A DNA stretch of 64,000 nucleotides, from the NCBI GenBank assembly GCA_963740355.1, contig CAVUDW010000002.1:544001-608000 (forward strand), written 5' to 3'. Under the pieces are notes generated by a model, which was not told the origin of the DNA, searched no databases, and saw nothing but the letters and a program-made list of their open reading frames with translations. Each line of letters opens with the position of its first letter. The stretch's first letter is position 1. The stretch comes from an uncultured Gemmatimonadaceae bacterium. Its GTDB lineage: Bacteria > Gemmatimonadota > Gemmatimonadetes > Gemmatimonadales > Gemmatimonadaceae. Of the stretch, positions 28,089 to 38,102 are shown one piece after another. The position numbers and the translations under genes were made by a program.

Positions 28089-29273
28089 TCAGCGCGACGA
28101 AGTGACGCGGAAGATGGTACCGCCGTTGTCATCGCTCACCAGCACCGAGCCGTCGCGAAGAACGGCGAAATCCACCGGGCGACCCCAGCGGGCGCCGGTC
28201 TCACCCTGCCAGCCGGTGATGAAGTCCTCGTAGCTCACCGGGCGGCCGTTCCGCACACGAACACGCACCACCTTTGCACCGGTCGGCGTGTCGCGATTCC
28301 AGCTGCCGTGGAAGGCCACCAGCGCGTCGCCACGCCAATCGGCGGGGAACGACGTCGCCTTGTCGAGGAAGGTCATGCCGAGCGGCGCGGAGTGCGCCTG
28401 CATGCGGAGCGCCGGCGACTCCGTGCGGTTGCAGCGCGCCTGATCGTGGAACTCCGGGTTCGGAATCTTCGGGCCATGGCAGTAGGGCCAGCCGTAGTCC
28501 TTCCCGTCGCGCAGCAGGTTCAGCTCTTCCGTCGGCAGGTCCTGATGGTCTGGCTGCAGGTTGTCGCGCTCATGCTGCGTGACCCAGATCTGCTTGGTGG
28601 TCGGGTTCACCGCCATGCCAACCGCGTTGCGAAGGCCACTGCTGTAGACGCGGCCATTCTGGCCATCCGCGTCGTACTGCATGACGGTCGCACGCTCTTC
28701 AGCCTTTTCGATGCAGATGTTGCAGCTGCTGCCAATCGAGACGTACATCTTTCCGTCGGTGCCGAACAGGATGCTGCGCGTCCAGTGCCCGGTGCCGCCG
28801 TCGTAGCGATTCAGCTGCTCAGCGGCCCCGGTCGGAACGCCGTCCGCGGTGAGCGCGAAACGCACCACGCCGCCCGTGTTCGCGACGTAGAACTTGCCGC
28901 CGTGGAACGCCATGCCGTGCGGGCGATCGAGACCGGTCGTGAGCACAGCGCTCGTCGAGTCGGCGACGCCATCATTGTTGGTGTCGAGCACACGGACGAT
29001 CGTGTTGCGGTTCGGCGTGCTGACGTACACGCTGCCGTCTGGCCCCACCACCATCGCGCGAGCACTGGGCACTGACGCGTACTTCGTGACCGTGAAGCCC
29101 GTCGGCACGCTGAGCTTGCCATCGAGGGTCTGTGCACGAGCCGGAACCAGGCGGCTCGGCGTCGTGTCGATCGACGCCGTTGGCCCCGTCTGGGCCTCGA
29201 GCCCGGCAGCGGAGAAAGTGGCCATGCCGAGCACGGCCAAGGTGTAGAACGAACCGCGCATTGTCTGCCTCAT
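28089..29273 (-). CDS. PQQ-dependent sugar/sorbosone dehydrogenase family beta-propeller, secreted
   Basis: Signal peptide; HWTR, GSSCN, GLRNAVG, YGWPYC, AHSAPLG, HGSWNR, GRPVD. Confidence 0.88.
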   Translation of the reverse strand: MRQTMRGSFYTLAVLGMATFSAAGLEAQTGPTASIDTTPSRLVPARAQTLDGKLSVPTGFTVTKYASVPSARAMVVGPDGSVYVSTPNRNTIVRVLDTNNDGVADSTSAVLTTGLDRPHGMAFHGGKFYVANTGGVVRFALTADGVPTGAAEQLNRYDGGTGHWTRSILFGTDGKMYVSIGSSCNICIEKAEERATVMQYDADGQNGRVYSSGLRNAVGMAVNPTTKQIWVTQHERDNLQPDHQDLPTEELNLLRDGKDYGWPYCHGPKIPNPEFHDQARCNRTESPALRMQAHSAPLGMTFLDKATSFPADWRGDALVAFHGSWNRDTPTGAKVVRVRVRNGRPVSYEDFITGWQGETGARWGRPVDFAVLRDGSVLVSDDNGGTIFRVTSSR

Positions 29274-29369
29274 CGTGTAACTGGAATCGACTGCGTCGAA
29301 GGACTTCACTTCACATCGGGGCTGAGCCCGTGCCGTGCCAGCGTCGGAACGGCCCTGCTCAACCGGTAC

Positions 29370-31463
29370 TTAGAGTTCGATTTGTGTGCCGAGTTCCACC
29401 ACTCGCCCCGGCGGGATGCCGAAGAAGGCGGTCGCAGAGCGTGCGTTGCGAACCATGAGGATGAACAGCTTCTTCCGCCAGCGCGACATGCGCGTTGGAC
29501 CATTGGGGAGCAGCTGCTCGCGCCCGAGGAAATAACTCGTTGAGCCGGTCGAGCAGATCAGCCCAGAGCCCCGCGCGCTGGCCATGATGTCGCGCATCTC
29601 GGGGGTCTGCATGAAGCCGTACATGGCGCGCACCCGCCAGAAACCGGCGCCCAGCGGCTCCACCATCACGCGTTGCGAAGAGTCGATGTAGGGCACGGTC
29701 TTCGAGACCACGCTCAGCAGCACCACCTGGTCGTGCAGCACCTTGTTGTGCTTGAGGTGGTGCAGCAGCACCGGCGGGATGCCATCGGCGTCGGACGTCA
29801 TGAAGACGGCCGTCCCGGAGACGCGAACCGGCTCCTTGCGCTTGATGTCCGCAAGAAAGAGTTCGGTCGGCAACGTACTGCGACGCAGGAGCTGGCCAAG
29901 CGCCTCGCGACCGCGCTTCCAGGTGGTCATCAGCGTGAACAGGCCCATCGCCACGACCAGCGGTACCCATCCACCATCCAGCACCTTGAGCACGTTCGCA
30001 CCGAGGAATGCGATGTCGATGAAGAGGAAGAACCCCGCCAGCGTCATCGCACGCCACTTCGGCCAGTTCCACCGCAGGACGCAAAGCTCATAAAAGAGCA
30101 GCGTGGTGATCGCCATCGTACCGGTCACCGCAATCCCATACGCGGCGGCCAGTGCACTCGACGACTTGAACCCCAGCACCACGAAGATCGTCCCCATGGC
30201 GAGCAGCGTGTTGATCTCGGGGATGTAGATCTGCCCCGACTGCTGTTCCGAGGTGTGGATGATCGTCACGCGCGGGGTGTAGCCAAGCTGCACGCTCTGT
30301 TGCGTGAGCGAGAAGGCACCGGAGATGAGTGCTTGGCTGGCGATGATGGCGGCCATCGTGGCCAGCACCAGCAGTGGGTACTGCAGCACTGACGGTGCCA
30401 GGGAATAGAACGGGTTCACGCGAGCCGACGCATCACTCATCAGCACCGCGCCCTGCCCGAAGTAATTCAGCAGCAGGCACGGGAATACCATGAAGCCCCA
30501 CGCCAATCGGATCGGTCGCTTGCCGAAGTGCCCCATGTCGGCGTACAGCGCTTCCGCGCCGGTCACGGACAGCACCACGGCCCCGAGCAGCACGAATGCA
30601 TGCCAGCCATGCGACAGCATGAACATGATGGCGTACCACGGCAGCAGCGACCGAAGCACGTTCGGGTGCTCGATGATGTGTGGTACACCGAGTGCAGCGA
30701 TGCTTGCGAACCACACGAACATGATCGGACCGAACGCCTTGCCCACACGGTCCGTACCGAAGCGCTGGGCGGCAAAGAGCCCCAGGAGCAGCACGATCGT
30801 GACCGGAACCACGATCTTTTGGAGCGCAGGAGCGATGACCGACACACCTTCCACTGCACCGAGCACCGAGACCGCCGGCGTGATGATCCCGTCGCCGTAG
30901 AGCAATGCCGCGCCGAACAATGCCAGTACGACGACTCGCTTCTTCTTCTTCTCGTCGTTCAAAACGCCGCCCGTCTTCTGCAGCAGCAACGCGAGCAGGG
31001 CGAGAATACCGCCTTCGCCGCGGTTGTCGGCCCGGAGGATGAAGCCGATGTACTTGACGCTCACCACCGTGATCAGCGACCAGACGATCATCGAGAGCAC
31101 ACCAACCACGTTTTCCGGCGTCGGTTCGACGCCGTGCGGGCCGTTGAAGCACTCCTTCAATGCATAGAGCGGGCTGGTGCCGATGTCGCCGTACACGACG
31201 CCAAGTGCGGTCAGCGTCAGTAAGGCGAGCTTTCGCCCCGTCGCGGGATCGCCGACGTGATGATGATTGCTGTCAGCGATGACCGGATGCGAGCCCGTGG
31301 TCATCGTCAGACCAGGCGGCTGCGTCGGTGGCGGTGGCGGTGACGCGGGTGCCGCCGGTTGTTCACCGGTGGCAGCAGGACTGTCGGACTGCACTGGGTC
31401 TGCAGCAGTCCCGGATGATCCCGGGACCGGCGACGCCGAAGGAGAAGGCTGCGGTTCAATCAT
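29370..31463 (-). CDS. kup: Potassium transporter Kup
   Basis: GVVYGDIGTSPLY, ADNRGEGG, GAEALYADMGHFG, GQIYIP, ELGTQIEL. Start uncertain. Confidence 0.96.
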   Translation of the reverse strand: MIEPQPSPSASPVPGSSGTAADPVQSDSPAATGEQPAAPASPPPPPTQPPGLTMTTGSHPVIADSNHHHVGDPATGRKLALLTLTALGVVYGDIGTSPLYALKECFNGPHGVEPTPENVVGVLSMIVWSLITVVSVKYIGFILRADNRGEGGILALLALLLQKTGGVLNDEKKKKRVVVLALFGAALLYGDGIITPAVSVLGAVEGVSVIAPALQKIVVPVTIVLLLGLFAAQRFGTDRVGKAFGPIMFVWFASIAALGVPHIIEHPNVLRSLLPWYAIMFMLSHGWHAFVLLGAVVLSVTGAEALYADMGHFGKRPIRLAWGFMVFPCLLLNYFGQGAVLMSDASARVNPFYSLAPSVLQYPLLVLATMAAIIASQALISGAFSLTQQSVQLGYTPRVTIIHTSEQQSGQIYIPEINTLLAMGTIFVVLGFKSSSALAAAYGIAVTGTMAITTLLFYELCVLRWNWPKWRAMTLAGFFLFIDIAFLGANVLKVLDGGWVPLVVAMGLFTLMTTWKRGREALGQLLRRSTLPTELFLADIKRKEPVRVSGTAVFMTSDADGIPPVLLHHLKHNKVLHDQVVLLSVVSKTVPYIDSSQRVMVEPLGAGFWRVRAMYGFMQTPEMRDIMASARGSGLICSTGSTSYFLGREQLLPNGPTRMSRWRKKLFILMVRNARSATAFFGIPPGRVVELGTQIEL

Positions 31464-31657
31464 ACGGAATGCCACGCACCGCGTTAGCCGTGCGCAGCGA
31501 AACGGAAATGGCGGCGGGCTGCAATCGCAGCAAGCCACCCGAACGGTGCAAACGGGGAACGCCGCCCTACAGTGTCGACAGGCGGCGTCGTGTCACGACA
31601 AGCGGGATGAGACGGGAGGAAGCTATACGTCCCGGTGGGGCGGGGTAGTGGTCGGCG

Positions 31658-32038
31658 TCAACGCCCGGCCCCGCGCGCGCTGTCCTTGCTCATCTCGAGC
31701 AGGACCTGATCCCACTTGGCCTGTTGCACGGCAGAGAGCCGCCCCCGAATCACGCCTCGGGCCACCAGACGCACCGAGTCAAGCTTCGGGCTGACCGGGG
31801 CGAGGATCACCTTCATCTGCTCGTTTCTGTCGTCCAGCACCGAGTCCAGCATTCGGCGCTGTTCCGGGCTCAGCTGCAGGCGATCAGCCAGTTCTGCCCG
31901 CGACGTCTTCTGATCCTTCGGCGCGTCCCGGTGCGCCATGGCGCGATTCGCCGTGAAGCCCAGGGCGCCGCCGACCAGAACCGCACCGAGCAGGAAGAAG
32001 ATCGCCTGCGCCTTGGTGCGCTGAATCGTGCTCGACAT
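31658..32038 (-). CDS. Membrane-anchored Spy/CpxP-like helical protein
   Basis: N-terminal TM segment; LQLSPEQ and LSAVQQ repeats (LTxxQ-like); third gene of the ECF operon. Confidence 0.6.
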   Translation of the reverse strand: MSSTIQRTKAQAIFFLLGAVLVGGALGFTANRAMAHRDAPKDQKTSRAELADRLQLSPEQRRMLDSVLDDRNEQMKVILAPVSPKLDSVRLVARGVIRGRLSAVQQAKWDQVLLEMSKDSARGAGR

Positions 32039-32046
32039 CGGACCGA

Positions 32047-32463
32047 TCAGTAGCGGAAGAGGTCGGGAACCGTCTTTTCCCGTGGAGCGTCGGAGATGGG
32101 CCGGCCGGCCGAATCGAGGGGCGTCGAGAACGCCTCGACCGCGGCCTCGTAAGCCAGCCGATCATCGCGATTCGAGGTACGCCACAGGCCCCAGGCCGTC
32201 AGGACCAGCGCCGCCGCGGCGACGGCGCCGCCAAGCTTCGTCCACTGCGCGAACGGCTCCCACCAGCCACCGATGGTCGCAAACCCACCCGTGACGGTAC
32301 CACTTCGTGTCGCCGAGGAACCATCGGCGACGATTTGGTCCATGATGCGCGCCTCGAGGCCGTCCCAGTACGCGGCATCAGCCGGGGGACGAAGCAGCGA
32401 GCGGAGTTGCAGTGTGACCGCTGGATCGCGGTCGAAATCGTCGGAATGCATGGAAGTAGTCAT
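32047..32463 (-). CDS. Putative anti-sigma factor (single TM)
   Basis: TGATG-coupled to the ECF sigma gene; one TM segment. Confidence 0.6.
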   Translation of the reverse strand: MTTSMHSDDFDRDPAVTLQLRSLLRPPADAAYWDGLEARIMDQIVADGSSATRSGTVTGGFATIGGWWEPFAQWTKLGGAVAAAALVLTAWGLWRTSNRDDRLAYEAAVEAFSTPLDSAGRPISDAPREKTVPDLFRY

Positions 32464-33140
32464 CAGGCCGGGCGTCGAAGCGTCCCGAGGATGGAACGCA
32501 TCGCTGCCCTGGCATGGTGCAGGTCGGACCGCGCGGTGCCCTCGGGAATCCCGAGCATCGCGCCGATCTCGGCGTGCTTGTAACCCTCGACATCATGAAG
32601 CACGAGCACCGACCGTTGCCGGTCGGGTAACTGCGACAGCGCACTGCGCAGACGATCATGCAGCTCATCCGCTTCAGCCGGGTCACGAAATGGACTGGCG
32701 TGAGTATCGACCAGTTCATCCGTGTCCCGCACCTTGCGGCGGCGGGCCAGATCGAGCGCCGCATTGCTGATGATGCGGTGCAGCCAGGCACCGAACGGCT
32801 GGTCCGGCCGGAACCGGCTCAGTGCGCGATGCGCGTGCAAGAAACCTTCCTGCACCGCGTCCTCCGCATCCTCGTGTGACAACAGCACCGCGCGTGCGAC
32901 GGCATAGGCGCGCTGCTGGTGCCGGCGCACGAGTTGGGCGAAGGCCGACGTGTCGCCGTCCTGCGCGGCGAGCACGAACTGCCGCTCTTCTTCCCGGGCG
33001 GCAGCTAACGCCTCGGATGCCGCCTTCGCATCGGCGGGAGCGCCTGCCTGCCCTCGAGCTGGCTTACGCGCCATCGGACCCCGCCGCGCGATCCGCTGCG
33101 TGGAGGTACCAGAGACCAACGTGACTGCTGAAGAGGGCAT
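32463..33140 (-). CDS. ECF sigma-70 factor
   Basis: GDTSAFAQLV, DAEDAVQE, WLHRIISN, EIGAMLGIPEGTARSDLHHAR. Confidence 0.93.
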   Translation of the reverse strand: MPSSAVTLVSGTSTQRIARRGPMARKPARGQAGAPADAKAASEALAAAREEERQFVLAAQDGDTSAFAQLVRRHQQRAYAVARAVLLSHEDAEDAVQEGFLHAHRALSRFRPDQPFGAWLHRIISNAALDLARRRKVRDTDELVDTHASPFRDPAEADELHDRLRSALSQLPDRQRSVLVLHDVEGYKHAEIGAMLGIPEGTARSDLHHARAAMRSILGTLRRPA

Positions 33141-33165
33141 GGCAACGGGACTGAGTTGCCACTGG

Positions 33166-33191
33166 TACGCACCCCGGGTTCGGAGCGTTGC
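33166..33191 (-). promoter_or_regulatory. Candidate ECF-dependent autoregulatory promoter
   Basis: The minus strand reads GCAAC-N17-CGTA about 25 bp upstream of the sigma ATG. Confidence 0.45.
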
Positions 33192-33251
33192 GGTCGAGCC
33201 GCAGGCGCAAAAGCGCGATCGAAACCCCGGGGCAACGCGTCACGGCCGACC

Positions 33252-33419
33252 TTACTTGGTCGACTCGGACGTCTCCTTCTCTCCAGCTTCGCCGGCGAAG
33301 CTGGCGTTGGTCACCTTGACCACCGAAAACAGGATGATGAACACCGCAACGGCGCCGACGATCAGGCCGGTGAACGCGGCCTTGCGGTCGCTTGGAGCCT
33401 CGGAGTGAGGAACGCTCAT
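33252..33419 (-). CDS. Small single-TM membrane protein (55 aa)
   Basis: MSVPHSE...AAFTGLIVGAVAVFIILFSVV; co-oriented with its neighbours. Confidence 0.6.
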   Translation of the reverse strand: MSVPHSEAPSDRKAAFTGLIVGAVAVFIILFSVVKVTNASFAGEAGEKETSESTK

Positions 33420-33486
33420 GGGGACAATCCGGAGAGAGGACGGTCGGACCGGCGACACACCGGTCCGACGGGGTCAGGCAAACAGG

Positions 33487-33948
33487 TTACGAAACGCGAA
33501 CCGTGTTCATGACATCGTTGCCGGCGATGCTGTTCACGACATCCATCCCTTCCGTGACCTGACCGAACACCGTGTGAACGCCGTTCAGGTGTTGCGTATT
33601 GCGCTCGTTGAGCACGATGAAGAACTGGCTGCCACCGGTGTTCTTGCCGGCATGCGCCATCGACAATGCGCCGGGCTTGTGCTTGTGCGGATTACCGGCG
33701 GTTTCGCAGGGAATCGTGTAGCCAGGGCCGCCGGTGCCGATCTGCGGATGACCATTCGGCAGGTCGCGCGACTTCGGATCGCCGCCCTGCACGACGAAGT
33801 CAGGGATCACGCGATGGAACTTCACACCATCGTAGAACTTGTCGTTCGCGAGCTTCTCGAAGTTGGCAGCCGCAAGCGGCGCCTCGGCCTCGAACAGTTC
33901 TGCCTTGATGGTGCCCTTGTTGGTTTCGAACGTGACGATTTTGGCCAC
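33487..33948 (-). CDS. ppiA: Cyclophilin-type peptidyl-prolyl isomerase
   Basis: [41 protein letters not shown] start with a GGAGA RBS. Confidence 0.95.
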   Translation of the reverse strand: MAKIVTFETNKGTIKAELFEAEAPLAAANFEKLANDKFYDGVKFHRVIPDFVVQGGDPKSRDLPNGHPQIGTGGPGYTIPCETAGNPHKHKPGALSMAHAGKNTGGSQFFIVLNERNTQHLNGVHTVFGQVTEGMDVVNSIAGNDVMNTVRVS

Positions 33949-34064
33949 GGTGTCTCCCGATTGCATTGGTAGTTACTGCGGAATGGCAGCCGCCGGCGAC
34001 CTGGGCCACGGCGCGCAGACCGGAATCTACCAAATATCAGCCGCCCGTGGGCTGCGCCGGCCTG

Positions 34065-34874
34065 CTACTGATCCAGCGGCGCAGACGGGCATCGAGGGCG
34101 CAGGCTGCAACTGCCGCACCGTGGAGACCGCGCGTCGCAGACCTGCCGGCCGTGCCAGATCAGGAGGTGCGACAGCATCGTCCACGTCGACTGGGGGAAA
34201 AGCGGCATCAGCGCCGCCTCGATCTTCACCGGATCGGTCGCCTTCGTCAGGCCGAGACGGTTGGACAGGCGGCCGACATGGGTGTCGACCACGACGCCCA
34301 CGTTGATGTCGAAGGCATTGCCCAGCACCACGTTGGCGGTCTTTCGACCGACTCCCGGGAGGACCACCAACTCGTCCATGGTCGCCGGAATCTGGCCGCC
34401 GTGCCGCGCCACGACGGCCTGGGACATGCCAACGAGGCTTTTCGCCTTCGCGCGGAAGAACCCCGTGGTCTTCACCAGCTCCTCGACATGCTCGATCGGG
34501 GCGTCCGCGAGCGCAGCGGCATCCGGATAGGCGGCGAAGACGGCTGGCGTGACCATGTTCACCCGCTTGTCCGTGCACTGGGCGCTGAGGATGGTGGCCA
34601 CGGTCAACTGGTACGCGTTCTGGTAGTCGAGCTCGCAGTGGGCCGTCGGATAGAGCCGCGCGAGCTCGGCGTATATCGCCGCGGCGCGCTCTTTCAGCGC
34701 GCTCCCCTTGAGCTGCGCAAAACGCGTTCGGAGGACGATCCGTGCGCTGGGCTTCGGCTTCAGCGTGGCCGTGGCGGGCTTTTTCGCGCGTGGCGTTGCA
34801 CCCGACCCGGCTTTGGGCCCGACGACCTTTCCGCTGCGAACCGTCTTGCCGATGGACTTTCGTGCTGGCGTCAT
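34065..34874 (-). CDS. nth: Endonuclease III
   Basis: LSAQCTD, HhH LPGVGRKTANVV, VDTHV, and a C-terminal Cys cluster (CDARSPRCGSCSLRPRC). Confidence 0.96.
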   Translation of the reverse strand: MTPARKSIGKTVRSGKVVGPKAGSGATPRAKKPATATLKPKPSARIVLRTRFAQLKGSALKERAAAIYAELARLYPTAHCELDYQNAYQLTVATILSAQCTDKRVNMVTPAVFAAYPDAAALADAPIEHVEELVKTTGFFRAKAKSLVGMSQAVVARHGGQIPATMDELVVLPGVGRKTANVVLGNAFDINVGVVVDTHVGRLSNRLGLTKATDPVKIEAALMPLFPQSTWTMLSHLLIWHGRQVCDARSPRCGSCSLRPRCPSAPLDQ

Positions 34875-36601
34875 GCGGTCGTCAGGGCGGCATCGCGCCG
34901 GCGGCGCGCGAACGCGAGCACCTCATCGGCGCTTCGGGTATTCAGGACATCCTTCGCACCGAGCCAGCCTTTGCGCGCCATCGAAACACCGAGCGCGACA
35001 TGGTCGAGCCCGGCGATGGAGTGTGCGTCAGGGCCGAGTTCTACCTGCACGCCGGCATCACGCGCGGCTCGGCACCACCGCCAATCCATGTCGAGACGGT
35101 GCGGATCAGCATTGAGTTCGACCGCCACGCCGAGTTGTGCGGCGCGTGCGAGGATCGCGGCGAGATCGATGGCATACGGCTCTCGGGTCAGCAACAGGCG
35201 ACCGGTGGGATGCCCGATAATCGTGACATGCGGATCTTCCATCGCTTTCAGCACGCGGTCGGTCATCTGCGTGCTGTTCATGCCGAACCGTGTGTGGACG
35301 GATGCGATCACATAGTCGAAACGGTCCAACAGCGGCGCGCCGAAATCGACGGTGCCGCACGGCAGGATGTCCGCCTCCACGCCTTTCAGCACGCGAAACC
35401 TGCCCGACAGCGTCGCGTTCACTGCGTCGATCTCGTCGTGCTGCTGCTGGACCGCATCGGCCGTCATGCCATGTGCATTCAGCGCCGAGCGCGAGTGATC
35501 GCTGATGCCGAGATAACTCCACCCGCGCGCCATCGCGGCGTCAGCGAGGTCGGTGATGCCGAAGCCACCATCGGAATACAGTGAATGGCAGTGCAGCACG
35601 CCGCGGATGTCCTGCGCCTCGAGCAGCGACGGCAACGCGTGCCGGCTTGCGGCGGCCGTCTCGCCCATCGCTTCGCGAAGTTCCGGTTCGATGAACGGCA
35701 ATCCGGCCAGTGCGTAGAGCGCTGCTTCATCGACGATGGGCACGACCGCGCCCGTCGCATCGCGCACTTCATCGTCAACCACGCGGTATTTCCGCTCTCC
35801 CAGCCGCTGCAGCAGGTCGCGGACATGTTCCGCATTGCCGGTGGTACGGAGCAACGTCATGGCGAACTGTGTGGGGTGCACACAGTGGAGCGTCGCGGTC
35901 GTCGAGTCGGCGAAATAGAGAGATATGATGCGTGTGCCGCTGCCGACGACACGCTGCACACCGCGCACGTGTGTCAGGGATGCGGCGACGGCAATGGGCT
36001 GTGTCGTACACTCGACGACCAACCCAATTTCGTTCACCGTCTCCATTCGGCGGCGAAGCGCCCCACTCACCACCACACGCGCTACGCCTTCGTGTGCAGC
36101 GATCGCGTGCAGCAGCCGTGCGGCTTCGGCATCTGCATGCGGCAGCAGCACCGATGCACCGGTCTCTCGAAGCTGCAGAATGCCATTGCGAACCCGTTCC
36201 ACGAGGCGCGGTCCGAATCGCGGCAACGCTGCCAGTCGTCCATCGCGCACGGCGTCTTCAAGCTCCTGTAGCGTTTCGATACCGAGTCCGGCGTGCACGC
36301 GTTGAATCGTCGTCGGGCCGAGTCCGGGCACGCGGAGCATTTCCTGGAGCCCTTCCGGCGTGTCCTCGCGCAGGTCGTCGAGCAGGCTGGAGTCGCCGTC
36401 GTGCAGCAACTCCTCCAGCACCGCCGCCACCGCAGGGACAAAGCGTTCAGCCGCGAGCACGTCGGCGAGCGGGCGAGTGGGCTGGCCACCGAGCTGTTTC
36501 GACGCGCTCTCGAACTCGGCCGAGCCCAGCTCGTCCTCGCCCCGGAGCTGACGGAGCGTGGCGATTTCGGAGAGAACGTGGGCGGCGGCGCGGGCATCCA
36601 T
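34871..36601 (-). CDS. polX: DNA polymerase X / PHP fusion with a noncanonical polymerase site
   Basis: VPGLGP HhH, GALRRRMET, TGNAEH, PELRE, and PHP motifs HCH, SDH, HPTGR, DAH. Start at MDARAAA. Confidence 0.9.
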   Translation of the reverse strand: MDARAAAHVLSEIATLRQLRGEDELGSAEFESASKQLGGQPTRPLADVLAAERFVPAVAAVLEELLHDGDSSLLDDLREDTPEGLQEMLRVPGLGPTTIQRVHAGLGIETLQELEDAVRDGRLAALPRFGPRLVERVRNGILQLRETGASVLLPHADAEAARLLHAIAAHEGVARVVVSGALRRRMETVNEIGLVVECTTQPIAVAASLTHVRGVQRVVGSGTRIISLYFADSTTATLHCVHPTQFAMTLLRTTGNAEHVRDLLQRLGERKYRVVDDEVRDATGAVVPIVDEAALYALAGLPFIEPELREAMGETAAASRHALPSLLEAQDIRGVLHCHSLYSDGGFGITDLADAAMARGWSYLGISDHSRSALNAHGMTADAVQQQHDEIDAVNATLSGRFRVLKGVEADILPCGTVDFGAPLLDRFDYVIASVHTRFGMNSTQMTDRVLKAMEDPHVTIIGHPTGRLLLTREPYAIDLAAILARAAQLGVAVELNADPHRLDMDWRWCRAARDAGVQVELGPDAHSIAGLDHVALGVSMARKGWLGAKDVLNTRSADEVLAFARRRRDAALTTA

Positions 36602-36702
36602 GCTGACCAATCTAGTGCTGTCCACCTGCCCACTCCGCCTGTCTGATTGGCGGTGTTCCCAGGTCGTGTGGCTGGTCCGTGTGTTGGCGGCCGTCGCGCT
36701 GG

Positions 36703-37596
36703 TCAGTCGCTCTGTCTCGACACGAATTCGTTCAGGGCTGCCTCGAGCGCGACGGGCTGCTCCACGTAGGGCACGTGACCGCAGTCGCGCAGCTCCACGA
36801 ATGTCGCATCGAGGGCCGTGGCGGTTGCACGGGCGCTCGAGAGGGGGATGGGATCCCGGTCGCCGTGGACCACCAGCGTGGGCAGGCCGACCCGTGGCAG
36901 CGCCTCCACCAGGGCGGCGCCATCGACGCTGGCCCAGGTGGATTGCTGCACCCGACCGGTGACCCGGAAAGGTGTCAGGTTGGCGGATCGTTCGGGGTGT
37001 GCGAAATAGCCGGCGACACTGAGCTCGAAGGCGCGCTGGCGGTAGGCATCGGCATCCCGCTCGCGCAGCCCCGACGCCTGAAGCTCTGCTCGCAGGCCGG
37101 CAACCTCCGGCGCCAGTTGGCGGCGTTGCAGTTCGGCGTCGAACACCGCCCGGTCCGCGGGCATGAACGGCGCGGGAGAGATCAGCACCAGCCAGGGTGG
37201 CAACGCAATCCCGCCTGCCCCCGCACGCGCTGCCACCACCACGTGCATGGCGAGCAGCGCGCCCCACGAATAGCCGACGATCGGAGCGCCGTCGACGCCG
37301 AGCTCACGTGTCACGGCTGCAAAGTCGGCGACATGTGTGCCCACGGTGATTGGGGCCGGATCGTCGGTTTTCGACCGTCCCCCGCCGCGCTGGTCGTAGA
37401 ACACCAACTCGAACCCGTGTCCCAGTGTGGCCAGGGACAACAACTGCGGCAGCAGGTAGTCATGGTGTGCGCCCGGCCCACCGTGCAACACGACCAGCGG
37501 CGGCGCTCCTGCCTGCCCGTACCGGCACCAATACAACGGCACGTCGGTCGTCTGCGTCATGCCGCTCTCGCGCGGCGCTGGAATCGGGATCGGCAT
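36703..37596 (-). CDS. Alpha/beta hydrolase (proline iminopeptidase-like)
   Basis: HGGPG, YDQRGGGRS, GYSWG, GDRD, GHVP. Confidence 0.88.
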   Translation of the reverse strand: MPIPIPAPRESGMTQTTDVPLYWCRYGQAGAPPLVVLHGGPGAHHDYLLPQLLSLATLGHGFELVFYDQRGGGRSKTDDPAPITVGTHVADFAAVTRELGVDGAPIVGYSWGALLAMHVVVAARAGAGGIALPPWLVLISPAPFMPADRAVFDAELQRRQLAPEVAGLRAELQASGLRERDADAYRQRAFELSVAGYFAHPERSANLTPFRVTGRVQQSTWASVDGAALVEALPRVGLPTLVVHGDRDPIPLSSARATATALDATFVELRDCGHVPYVEQPVALEAALNEFVSRQSD

Positions 37597-37655
37597 CCTG
37601 CAATCTACGCGGCATCTCCCGTCGGTCGTGGTGCCGGATTCGGGGGAGCCTCTCG

Positions 37656-37693
37656 TCGCATCTTCGCATCTTCGCATCTTCGCGATTTCGCGC
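37656..37693. repeat. 8-bp tandem repeat (TCGCATCT)x3 plus degenerate copies
   Basis: Read directly from the sequence. Confidence 0.8.
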
Positions 37694-37718
37694 GGCGACG
37701 CTGCGCTTTCGCCTGGTT

Positions 37719-38102
37719 GTCCACACGACTCACGCGGAGCCGCGGGGGACGCGGAGCCGCGGGGAACAGCACCAGACGCCTGCGGGGGCGGAGGGGTCGT
37801 TTTCTGGTCGGAGAATCCCGGGCTTCAAGGGTCAGGATTTCATGGGGCAGAGTTCTTGAAATTTCATGGGATCAGAGTCCTTGAATTTCATGGGGCCAGA
37901 GTTCTTGAAAATTCATGGGCAGAGTCCATGCACAGCGACCGATCTCGAAGCGCCGCCCGCGACGCCAATCGCACAAAAATTCGCCGCGGAGGCGAGCGCA
38001 GTTCTCCTGCAGTTACACCTCCGAGCCACACCGAAGGCTGCTACCGCGTGCGAGCCCCCGCGGCTCCGCGTCCTCCGCGTCTCCGCGTGAGGGAGTGTGG
38101 AC
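37719..38102. mobile_element. MITE/REPIN-like element with GTCCACAC...TCACGCGGAG terminal inverted repeats
   Basis: Left end GTCCACACGACTCACGCGGAG, right end CTCCGCGTGAGGGAGTGTGGAC. Both arms match the element at 57178-57448 in reverse orientation. Confidence 0.75.
37837..37927. repeat. ~24-bp tandem repeat, about 3.7 copies (ATTTCATGGGNCAGAGTYCTTGAA)
   Basis: Units start at 37837, 37861, 37885 and 37910, with no spacers. Confidence 0.88.

Noticed and set aside
31464..31657. c-di-AMP (ydaO) riboswitch upstream of kup
   Set aside because: I could not find the conserved motif by eye; an Rfam scan would settle it.
36602..37267. N-terminal 221 aa of the 798-aa PolX ORF
   Set aside because: It overlaps the alpha/beta hydrolase in another frame; the PolX-like sequence begins at 36601.
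37837..37927. Possible mini-CRISPR
   Set aside because: The units are contiguous, with no spacers.
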